Below are positions 1 to 11,328 of a stretch of DNA of 64,000 bases, in pieces (the stretch's first letter is position 1; each line of letters starts with the position of its first letter). The stretch lies in contig NC_069008.1 of the NCBI RefSeq assembly GCF_001194135.2, positions 8,937,919 through 9,001,918 on the forward strand, given 5' to 3'. Both the position numbers and the translations under genes were made by a program. The notes beneath the pieces are model-generated. The model was not told the origin of the DNA. It did not search any database and worked only from the letters and a program-made list of their open reading frames with translations. Source of the stretch: Octopus bimaculoides. Its lineage: Eukaryota.

Positions 1-811
1 TATGTTCATGAGTTCAATTCCCAGTGGCATGTGTCCTTGAGCAAGACATTTTATTTCACATTGTTCCAGTCCACTGAACTGGCAAAAATGAATAGTACCT
101 GTAATTCAAAAGGGCCAGCCTTGTCACATTCTGTGTCATACTGAATCTCTTTGAGAACTATGTTAAGGGTTCACATGTCTGTGGAGTACTCAGCCAATTA
201 CACATTAATTTCATGAACTGTCTGGAACCCTCATCATTGTAACCGAGTGGCAGTGTGTGTGAGATCAGGGGTTTGAGTCCTAGCATCACATTGTGTCTTT
301 GAGCTGGCAAAAGCGAGTTGTACTTGTAATTCAAAAGGGCCAGCGTTGTCACATTCTGCAGAGTGCTCTACCGCTTGTGCATTAATTTCATGAGCAGGCT
401 GTTCTGTTGATTGGATCAACTGGAACACTTGTCAGCATAACTGACAGTGTGCCAAAAAAAAAGAAAATAAATAAATATGTTAGATTATTTTTCCACAAAA
501 TATCTTAAAGTTCAGTGTTCTTAGTATTTGATCTTTTAAGTTGTCTGTCCTGAATTTTAGGTTATTTGAATTCAGCCTTCTCACATTATGACCCTAACCT
601 GTAAATATATGTGTGTGTGTGTGTGTATATTTATATATATGTATGTATGTGTATATCATAACCATTTTTCATTACTTTTCCATGCTTGCTTGCGTGATAT
701 AGTGTGTGTGTGTGTGTATGTGTGTATCCGTATATACATATATATATATAAAAGCATATATGTAAATAAATATATATAAACACAGCTTTAGTTTTGGGTC
801 CTCCAACACTG

Positions 812-863
<52 letters not shown>

Positions 864-1293
864 CACACACACACACATACATACATATGTATTCACAAAC
901 ATTTGTACATATATTTGTGTATGTGTTTATATGTATTAGATATTGATATGTGTGTATATTTATATATATAGATATTCAATTACAAATTAAAAGCAGCACT
1001 TGTGTTGTAAACATTATCGATCAAACATACTCAATGTATGTGCTTTGTTTGTTCACCAGTATACTGTGGAATAGCATTGTGGGGGTGATTCCCTACAAGT
1101 ACTGGGTATTAAAATACCTGAGAGTCATAGACAAGCAAGACAACTCACCTACCTGTCTATGACTTACTTTCTTGTGTTTTAACACCCAGTGCTTTGAGTG
1201 GGTAATTCAGGTGGTCAAACAACTGAATCCTCATCCAGAAACAGTGTATCATCCATTTGTGTGTGTGTGTGTAAATATATATAAATATGTGTA

Positions 1294-1335
<42 letters not shown>

Positions 1336-1415
1336 CACACATACATACATGTATGTATCTATGTTGTCATCATCATAACAGGATACAGCAAGCTGCAAGG
1401 TTGTGTCAAGCTCCA

Positions 1416-1446
<31 letters not shown>

Positions 1447-2212
1447 AGTGTGGTCAGTCTGTGTAGTTTTATGTACTTAGCAACAATATGACAAAGTAAG
1501 CCAAGGTTATTCAATGTCTTATCTCTTCAGACCTTATCTCAGAAAGTGATAAGTTCTAAAGATATCAGACCATGAATACGTAAGAAGAGGTTCAGGGATG
1601 TTTAGATAAAGAGAATGGATTAAATAGTTATGTAGACAGATGAGTACATCAGCTTTGTGTATATGTTGTTCTAAATATGTAGATGAATGGGTTATATATA
1701 TCATGTGATGACGTGACTGACCAGCTGTTGTTACACATCACTGGTCATAAATGCACTTTACATTGGTTTAGCCTTTGAGTGACACCACACTGCTGGCATG
1801 GTAAGCAGGTCGACATGCAGAGATTTGTGCATTTCATTAAGACATGGGGTTTTTATGTTTCTTTAACATTATAGGTGCAGGCATGTCTGTGGTTAAGAAG
1901 TTCACCTCCTGACCATATAGTTTGAGTTCAGTCTCACTGTGTGGCACTTTGGGCAAGTGTCTTCTCTTGTAGCCTTGTGAGTGGATTTGATAGAGAGAAA
2001 CTGAAAGAAGCCTTTGTTATACCTTTTACTTGTGTCATGCTGGAGCACTGCCTTGAGGAATTTTTAATCAAATGTATTCACTCCAGTACTTATTTTTTAA
2101 AAGCCTGGTACTTATTCTTTTGCCAAACCACTAAGTTTCAGGGATGTAAACACATCAGCACTTATCATGCAGTGGTGTGGAGACAAACACAGACACAAAG
2201 ACACACACATAA

Positions 2213-2273
<61 letters not shown>

Positions 2274-2296
2274 TACATACATACATACATACCACA

Positions 2297-3010
2297 GTGT
2301 CAGTGTCTTGAGAAAAAAGTTGGGCATAAGAGGCATCAGATGTGGTGTGCAAGAGAGACGACTGCACTAGTGTGATGATGTAATGCAATTGGACAGCTGT
2401 CTGAAGAAGTGCCGATCTCTAACTGTAGAGGGAACCTGTGAAATGAGGCAATGACAAGTGACTGAGACCGTTTCCAATATCCTGTGCATCAGAAGACCCA
2501 TCAAGCCAAGTGAAATTGCAGTATGGACCAATGCCAGTATCTTGTAACTAGCGCTTGTGCCTGCAGCATGTAAAAAGCACCCTTAGAACATGGAGTGATG
2601 CGCTGTATTGAGAAAACCCATCAAGCCAAGTGCAATTGTAGTCATGGCCAATACCTGTGTCATGTAACTGGCACCCATGCTGGTGGCACGTAAAAAAACA
2701 CTGTTCTAACTTTGGGCCTCAAGGAAGGAGTGACAAATCACCGAGACCTACGGTAATATACTGTGCTTGAGAAAACTTGTTAAGTCAAGTGAGATTGTAG
2801 TCATCGCCATTGCTGGTGTTATGTAACTGGCACCTGTTCTGGTGACATGTAAAAGCACCCACTACACTCTTGGGGTGGTTGGTGTTAGGAAGGGCATCCA
2901 GCTGTAGAGACCATATCAGATCAGATTGGAACCTGGTGCAGCTTACCAGTTTTCTGTCAAACCGTCTAAGCTGTGCCAGCATGGAAAACAGACGTTAAAT
3001 GATAATGGTT
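2297..3010 (+). mobile_element. RTE LINE 3' fragment with tandemly repeated 3'UTR units
   Basis: LRKKLGIRGIRCGVQERRLH...CLKKCRSLTVEGTC, then three degenerate ~120-150-bp units and a GGACGTTAAA(TGA)n-type end. Confidence 0.75.
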
Positions 3011-3381
3011 TATATGACCGGTTTCTTTCAGTTTCCGTCAACTAAATCCATTCACAAGGCTTTGGTCAGCTACGCTCTTTAACAGAAAGGAATAAGAGAA
3101 AATAAACAGAGAGAATGAAAAACAATTGTAGATATACATATACATTTACCTAAGTGTGTTTATAACTTTGTGTCCGTGTTTGTCCCCAGCTACTGCTTGA
3201 CGACTGGTGTTGGTTTCTTTATGTCCCCATAACTTAGTGGTTCAGCTAAAGAAACTGATAGAATAAGTACCAGGTTTTAAAAATAAATAAATAAAGTCTG
3301 GAGTTGGTTCATTTCAGTAAAATTCTTCAAGGCAGTTCCCAGAATGATCTAATGACTGAAACAAATAAAAGGAAAAAGAAG

Positions 3382-3421
<40 letters not shown>

Positions 3422-3456
3422 AATTTAAGGATTGGAGAAAACGCATGTTATAATTG

Positions 3457-3555
3457 CATACTTTATTCCTACATATGTTTCAAAGGATTACAACCTGTGT
3501 GATCCATAGGGATCTTTGATATTAAAATTGTAACCTTCTCATCAGGGAAAGCATG
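3457..3555 (-). ncRNA. Type I hammerhead ribozyme (Penelope-like-element type)
   Basis: The minus strand reads CATGCT TTCC CTGATGA GAAGGTTACAA...TTGTAA T CCTTT GAAAC ATAT GTA GGAA TAA AGTATG. This gives an intact CUGANGA/GAAA core, stem I of 4 bp + 3-nt bulge + 6 bp, an 11-bp stem II, a 2-bp stem III with palindromic ATAT loop and a GUA cleavage triplet. Confidence 0.8.
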
Positions 3556-4514
3556 GGAATCATCTTAAACGTAAGACATTATGACCGATTATGAAAACAA
3601 TAGATGGATAANNNNNNNNNNNNNNNNNNNNNNNNNNNNNNNNNNNNNNNNNNNNNNNNNNNNNNNNNNNNNNNNNNNNNNNNNNNNNNNNNNNNNNNNN
3701 NNNNNNNNNNNNNNNNNNNNNNNNNNNNNNNNNNNNNNNNNNNNNNNNNNNNNNNNNNNNNNNNNNNNNNNNNNNNNNNNNNNNNNNNNNNNNNNNNNNN
3801 NNNNNNNNNNNNNNNNNNNNNNNNNNNNNNNNNNNNNNNNNNNNNNNNNNNNNNNNNNNNNNNNNNNNNNNNNNNNNNNNNNNNNNNNNNNNNNNNNNNN
3901 NNNNNNNNNNNNNNNNNNNNNNNNNNNNNNNNNNNNNNNNNNNNNNNNNNNNNNNNNNNNNNNNNNNNNNNNNNNNNNNNNNNNNNNNNNNNNNNNNNNN
4001 NNNNNNNNNNNNNNNNNNNNNNNNNNNNNNNNNNNNNNNNNNNNNNNNNNNNNNNNNNNNNNNNNNNNNNNNNNNNNNNNNNNNNNNNNNNNNNNNNNNN
4101 NNNNNNNNNNNNNNNNNNNNNNNNNNNNNNNNNNNNNNNNNNNNNNNNNNNNNNNNNNNNNNNNNNNNNNNNNNNNNNNNNNNNNNNNNNNNNNNNNNNN
4201 NNNNNNNNNNNNNNNNNNNNNNNNNNNNNNNNNNNNNNNNNNNNNNNNNNNNNNNNNNNNNNNNNNNNNNNNNNNNNNNNNNNNNNNNNNNNNNNNNNNN
4301 NNNNNNNNNNNNNNNNNNNNNNNNNNNNNNNNNNTATATAGGTGCAAGTGTGTCTATGTGTTGCTTCCCAACCACAATTCCGGGTTCAGTCCCACAGCAT
4401 GGCACCTTGGGGGCAAGTGTCTTTTACCATAGCCTTAAGTTGACCAAAGCCTTGTGAGTGGATGTGATAGATGGAAACTAAAATAAGCCCATCATGTGTG
4501 TGTATGTATATACA

Positions 4515-4882
4515 TAGACTCGACTCTGTCAGTCACGAATGAGCATGTATGCACCTAAGAGGTTCCCCTCCAGGATACAAGTCTGGGCAGAAAGTCGCCT
4601 CACTGGTGAACGCACAACCTAAGGTTGTTTTTATGGAAGACTAGTAGTCACCCATGCATACCAGCCTTCCTTCTCCACACCACTGATGTTATCCAAGGGA
4701 AAAGCAAAGGCCAAACAGCTTGGCACCAGTAATGTCGCAACTCATTTCTTCAGCTGAATGAACTGGAGCAACATGAAATAAAGTGTCTTACTCAAGAACA
4801 ATACACAGCCTGGCCCAGGAATCAAACTCACAACCTCACGATCATAAGCTTGATGCTCTAACCACTGAGCCGTGCACCTTCA
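4515..4882 (-). mobile_element. tRNA-derived SINE of a third family
   Basis: Minus-strand head GAAGGTGCACGGCTCAGTGGTTAGAGC...GTGAGTTTGATTCC followed by a distinct body; the 3' limit is approximate. Confidence 0.6.
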
Positions 4883-5965
4883 CATATATATATGTGTGTG
4901 TATGTATGTATATATGTATATATCTGTGTTTGTGTTTGTCCCCAGTGTTGTGTTTATGTCCCCATAACTTAGCAGTTCAGCAAAAGAGGCTGATGGAATA
5001 AGTACTAGACTTACAAAGAATAAGTCCTGGGGTTGATTTCTTCAACTAAAACTCTTTAAGGTAGTGCTCCAGCATGGCCACAGTCAAATGACTGAAATAT
5101 ATAAAAGAATATGTATGTATCTCATGATTGCTCCCCGCCGCTTACACGCACTTGACAACCACTGTTGCTTTCTTTATCCCCCATAACTTGGTAACTTAGT
5201 GGTTCTCCGAAAGAAACTGATAAAGTATCAAACTTAAGAAAAAGGAAATCTGTAATAGGGCTGAGTTTATCAATTAAGCCCAGTGCTCCAGCATGGTCAC
5301 AGTCCACTGACTAATAAGTATGTATATATGTATGAATATTTATGTTTGTATATATGTACATATGTGTGTGTGTGTATGCATATTTAAAAAGCGTGACTTA
5401 GCAATTGGGCAGCAAAAAATAAGTATTGAATACAAATAAGAACAGGTTTTTAAATAAAGTGAAATGCTTGAAGGCACAGTTGCAGTTAATTGAACACAGC
5501 CAATAAGGATATATATTATCTACAAATCATATGTGGAATGACACTCCACTTACAACTCTCTCTCTCTCTCTCACTCTCATATATATATATATATATAATG
5601 TGTGTGTGTGTGTGTATTATGTGGCACCTTGGACAAGTGTCTTCTACTGAAGCCTATGGTCAACCAAAGGCTTGTAAATGGATTTGGTAGATAGAAACTG
5701 AGAGAAGCCTCTCATATATGTATGTGTCTGTATTTGTCCCTGCCACTGTTTGACAACCGGTGCTGGTGTATTTATGTCCCCATAACTTAGCAGTTTGGCA
5801 AACAAGACCAATAGAATAAGTACCAGGCTTAAAAAAAATAAGCACTGGGGTCAATTCATTCAACTAAAAATTCTTCATGGTGGTGATTCAGCTTGGCTGC
5901 AATCTAGTGACTGAAACAAGTAAAAGATACATCATATATAAGTGTGTATGTATATAAACATATTA

Positions 5966-6012
<47 letters not shown>

Positions 6013-6236
6013 TGGTGGCATGTAAAAAGCTCCGTTCAAGTATTGGGTTTCTCAGAGGCAGTAACAGACGACTGAGACCTAGTACCCAGTACGCTCTTGG
6101 AGTGGTTGACATCCAGGGCGTCCAGCCGTAGAAACCATGCCAAATCAGAGTGTAGCCTGGTGCAGCTTCCTGGCTTACCAGTTTTCCATCAAACCATCCA
6201 ACCCATGCCAGCATGGAAAGCAGACATTAAATGATG

Positions 6237-6332
<96 letters not shown>

Positions 6333-6450
6333 TTAAGGGATCAGCAAATATTTGCTTCACCATATACCCAAGTTCATAAATAGCAGCTAAATTATTAATT
6401 GTTAATTGATTTATTAATTAATAAATTGATAATCCTTTACCCTTTTAATT

Positions 6451-6482
<32 letters not shown>

Positions 6483-7095
6483 CATACATACATACATACA
6501 ACTCCATTGATTCCCTCCCACAAATCTACCATTGTTATTAGCAAAGGTTCAAAAGTCTATCAGTCTATCACTCATTGACTCCTTCACCCTGACCTAAAAT
6601 AGCAGATGGTGGGTTGTGTGTGTGTGTGTAGAGGAAGAAAATACAAAACAGGAAGAGAAAACAACAATATAAGACCCCCCCCCTCTCACCTCCCATCCTT
6701 TATTCCCACCCACCTCTCTCCAAAACAAATAAAAATAAGTTTTTGAAATATCTTTTTGAAGCAATATATACGAATAAAGATGATTGATGAAAGATAGAGC
6801 AAAATTCAGAAAAACAAAGATTAATTTGGACTAATGCAAGTCAATGATGAAATAAATAATCTCTCTCTCTCTATATATATATATATACATATATCTATAC
6901 GTTTGTGTTTATTGTTGTTTATTGTATATCAGGCATATATTTGTATTATATGGTTATAGAACAATCATAGGCAAGCTGTGTCCTGTGGGAGACTTTCTGA
7001 ATGGCGTGCCTAAAGAAAAAATTACTTCAAATTTATGGTTTTATTTGGGGATGGTCTTTTTTTTTTCTTTCTTCAAAATAACCACATGCACTATA

Positions 7096-7948
7096 CAAGG
7101 GGGTACTCAAAAGTAACCAGAAATGTTCTTTGTGGGACAAACCCATTGTAGTTCAGGCTTCTGCCACTAGAAGCCACTTGATGCGACTCTCAGGCTGTCT
7201 GCCAATTGGCGTCATTGAGTCAAGTTGTATTGCCACATGGTATATCTTTGCTTTCCAGTGCTTCTTCCCTGTTCATCAATTTTTGCAATGGCTGAAATGA
7301 AAGAATAGCATGCTTCCATGAAATTCTGTTTTCTGCTGGGGAAAACGGCAGCACAAACAGTTGTCCTGCTTCAGACAGCTTACAAAAGTGATTCCATGAG
7401 CAAAACACAAGTTTACAAGTGATTTCCATGCTTCGAGAATGGTCACTTGTCACTTGAAGACCAACCTCGTTCAGGATGACCGTTGACCTCCTGAACAAAT
7501 GAAAACATGAAAATTCATGAACTGATCTTGGGGGTATCATCACCAAACAATTGATGAGGTTGTAGATATGACTGGTATATCCTGGAACTCCTGCCAGCGA
7601 ATTTTGAGTGAGGAATTTTGAGTGATGATCAAAAGCAGTCACGACCAAATGCGTGTTGTGAACTGAAAGAACAGTTGGAAGTTGATTTGGACCTTTTTTC
7701 AAAGGTCATCTCTGGTGACAAAAGCTGGTGCTATGGAATTTGCAGATGTGGAAGAGGTGAAGAAAAAAAATGACAGGCGTTAAAGGACATCACTTCACAA
7801 GAGTCCCAGCACTGCTTTGAATGGTGGAAAATGCCCCTAGACTGATGCATTGCTTCAAATGGAGAATACTTTGAAGGCGATAAAAATGTAAACATGTAAA
7901 ACTGACTAAAATATTGCAAAATTCCAGCTTCTTTTGGGTACCTCCTTG
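7096..7948 (+). mobile_element. Internally deleted mariner element
   Basis: TA flanks and imperfect TIRs CAAGGGGGTACTCAAAAG / CTTTTGGGTACCTCCTTG. Remnant KVISGDKSWCYG resembles the first catalytic Asp region. Confidence 0.75.
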
Positions 7949-8556
7949 TATACTCATTCTTCACTTCAGCTTTATTATTATTCTTATTTTAGTGCCCTTT
8001 ATCTGAAATTGTACATCAGATATCCTGTGATCCCTTCAGTGACCCTCCATCCCAAGTGTCCCTCCTGTTTAGTTAGTTCTGTCATACCTTGAATTTATTT
8101 TAGCAATTTGCCTGTCTGATGGTGAGCCATGTTAGGTTGCCTATGTCTGCTTTACAATACTTTTTACTATTTATTTTTCCATATTTTATTTTAACAGTTC
8201 ATTTTTTTTTTTTGTTTCTTTACCAATTGAGATCAGCATGACTCTTAATTCTCAGGATTTTCGGCACCGGTGAGAGGAAGGGACATTGGTCCATTGGAAG
8301 AAAATGAGTTTGAGCTCTGCTGACGATATCTAATGACAGGTGGGGGGTACCCATGTACTGCAGAAATCAGATATAGTCACTCAAAATTTCATTACCCTTA
8401 ACTGTGAAAAGCAGTTTTATATACAAATCTATCTTTTGTTGAATGTTGTGTTTCAAACTATTTTTTATTGATAAATGTTTGTAGATGCAAATATGGTTGT
8501 ATACTATAAGAAACCAGAAAAATCATCAAATTTAACCTGAACCCTCTCTTTACACA

Positions 8557-9300
8557 CAGGGTGTTTGGGCTAAATTTGTTGATTTTTATGATCTCCTTTT
8601 CTCTGGAACAGCTTGATGCATTGGTGAACAGTCGATGACATTGGAGAGCATAAAGATTAAAGTTGTAGTTGAGAAAAAGTTGGCTGACATGGAGGACTGG
8701 AAGCCATCTGAATATTGGAAAGAGTGACCTAGGTCATGATGTGCTGGGTACCAAAATGCTGACCTCATGACTGCTGCTCAATACTCTGTGAACATTGTAA
8801 AGGCTGTAAGATGTGACATGAACATCATGAAACCAAGTTTCCCCACTGTGGTAGTCTTTAGGTGTCTCAAGTGAGATGCCCGGCATCTTTGAACAAGGCC
8901 TTAGGCTCAATTCAGATGGCTGTATAAAACTGCTGGAAGGCCATATTTGTGGCAGCAGGATTGGCTCCTTGTCATACCCCCAGAAAGCATCAGAAGTGGT
9001 TGCTGGAGAGTTTCTATGACTGCACCAGCTCCAATTTCTGGCCTCCTAATTCCCATAATTGTAATTTCATAGATTACTATATGTGGGACACAATTGAGAA
9101 AGATACCAACCAAGCTGATGGGCAAAACTGGACTGGTGGCCAACATCAAAGATCTTCCCAGAAACACTGAGGAACTCATGTGCCAGGTTCCAAAGCCATC
9201 TTGAAGCTGAGGACAGCTAGTTTGAGTAAACTGTTATCTTTCAGCCATAATCTAGTTGATGTTCTTTGATTTTTTAAAGACAATTTAGCTACGTGTGTGC
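8557..9300 (+). mobile_element. Tc1/mariner-superfamily remnant (CAGGGTG terminus)
   Basis: Starts CAGGGTG; the remnant WPPNSHNCNFIDYYMW resembles WPPxSPDLNPLDY. The right end is approximate. A related left end lies at 19451-19700. Confidence 0.55.
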
Positions 9301-10543
9301 ATGTGTATGTAGATATATATATATAAAGAGAGAGAGCCTCAAGCCAAATAAAATTGCTGTCATGGCGGATACTGGTGTCACACAAATGGTGGCACATAAA
9401 AGCACCCATAACACTCTCATAGTGGTTGGCATTAGTAAGGACATTCAGCTGTAGAAACCATGCCAAATCAGACTGGAGCCTTCAGCTTACCGGCCCCTGA
9501 TCAAACCATCCAACCCATGCCAGCTTGGACAACGGACATTAAATGATGACGATGATGATATATCTAATATATAAAACAGAGATGTCTGTATTCGCTTTTC
9601 ACGTGAAATCGACTTCACCAAATGCTTCCATACTTGTGATGCATGAATAATTTGACCTCGGATAAATGTTAGGCTCTTCATTTGATTTTTTTTATTAAAA
9701 GTAAATAATATTGCTTTATATTTATGATTCACTTCTTTAAAAAGGTTCCTCAATGTCAACTTCCGGTATTGACGTAACAACGGCACAAAGCTTCACTCTC
9801 TATTTTGACGTTTTTGTACCAAATGCTTACATACTTGTGATGAAATGTCAACTTCCGGTATTGACGTAGCGTGCATGTAGTATTTACTCTCTCTCTCTCT
9901 CTTTCATACACACACACACTCACACACAAAGATCTATGCATATTTATGNNNNNNNNNNNNNNNNNNNNNNNNNNNNNNNNNNNNNNNNNNNNNNNNNNNN
10001 NNNNNNNNNNNNNNNNNNNNNNNNNNNNNNNNNNNNNNNNNNNNNNNNNNNNNNNNNNNNNNNNNNNNNNNNNNNNNNNNNNNNNNNNNNNNNNNNNNNN
10101 NNNNNNNNNNNNNNNNNNNNNNNNNNNNNNNNNNNNNNNNNNNNNNNNNNNNNNNNNNNNNNNNNNNNNNNNNNNNNNNNNNNNNNNNNNNNNNNNNNNN
10201 NNNNNNNNNNNNNNNNNNNNNNNNNNNNNNNNNNNNNNNNNNNNNNNNNNNNNNNNNNNNNNNNNNNNNNNNNNNNNNNNNNNNNNNNNNNNNNNNNNNN
10301 NNNNNNNNNNNNNNNNNNNNNNNNNNNNNNNNNNNNNNNNNNNNNNNNNNNNNNNNNNNNNNNNNNNNNNNNNNNNNNNNNNNNNNNNNNNNNNNNNNNN
10401 NNNNNNNNNNNNNNNNNNNNNNNNNNNNNNNNNNNNNNNNNNNNNNNNNNNNNNNNNNNNNNNNNNNNNNNNNNNNNNNNNNNNNNNNNNNNNNNNNNNN
10501 NNNNNNNNNNNNNNNNNNNNNNNNNNNNNNNNNNNNNNNNNNN

Positions 10544-10574
<31 letters not shown>

Positions 10575-11328
10575 AAAATGGAGATATACAATTGTCAATT
10601 CAAAAATTAAAATTTATTAACACCATATATTATATTATATTCTTATAATAATATAATAAGTATTAAATACAAATTACATACAATTGTTTCAATTCTTACC
10701 CATAATAAGATTATAAAAGTCCATTGTTTGTAGGTAAGAATTTCTTCAGTGTAGATTTTGATATATGAGGATTCACAGATCCAAGAAAAGACTGAATTTA
10801 AATATATATTTGTTTTCAAGCATGAATGTCAATAATTAAAAACAAAAGCAAAGATAAAAAGTAAAATAAGAAAAATAAACTAATTTAACAGTCATAAAAT
10901 ATTATTTGCATACTGTTAAGTGTTTTAATCCAAATATATCTTATTGCATTAGTTTTTTTAAATACCAGAAACAAGATTTATAAAAATATTTCTAAAAACA
11001 AACAGGACAAAATAAGAAATATCCCTTTCATTCTTTCATATTAAAAAATACATGTTATAATAAGAATATGCTATTTATCTATGGGTAAATAGCATAATAT
11101 ACTTAAAATACCTTATCATCTCTAGTTAAATAGCAAATGATATTATAAATTACATTGCATTAATTATTTATAATAATAATTACTAGAAATCAAAGATTAA
11201 TAATTAAATATTACGTGGTTTACATAAAGAAGAAACTTTCTAAAAAATATTATAATAATTATTATCTTACAAATTGAATAGACACTGAATTAACCAGTTG
11301 TCCAAAAAATCTAATCATAAGGACTTCA

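Noticed and set aside
588-902. Numerous [12 protein letters not shown] ORFs across the window
   Set aside because: These are translations of (TA)n and (CA)n microsatellites, many of them inside SINEs.
1531-1579. Plus-strand exon between tcttcag and gtaaga
   Set aside because: There are stops in all three frames and no supporting evidence.
3560-4432. Long ORFs spanning N runs (also at 9.7-10.6, 11.6-12.2, 20.3-20.8, 29.1-29.5, 38.1-38.8 and 56.1-56.8 kb)
   Set aside because: They are open only because N codons are not stops.
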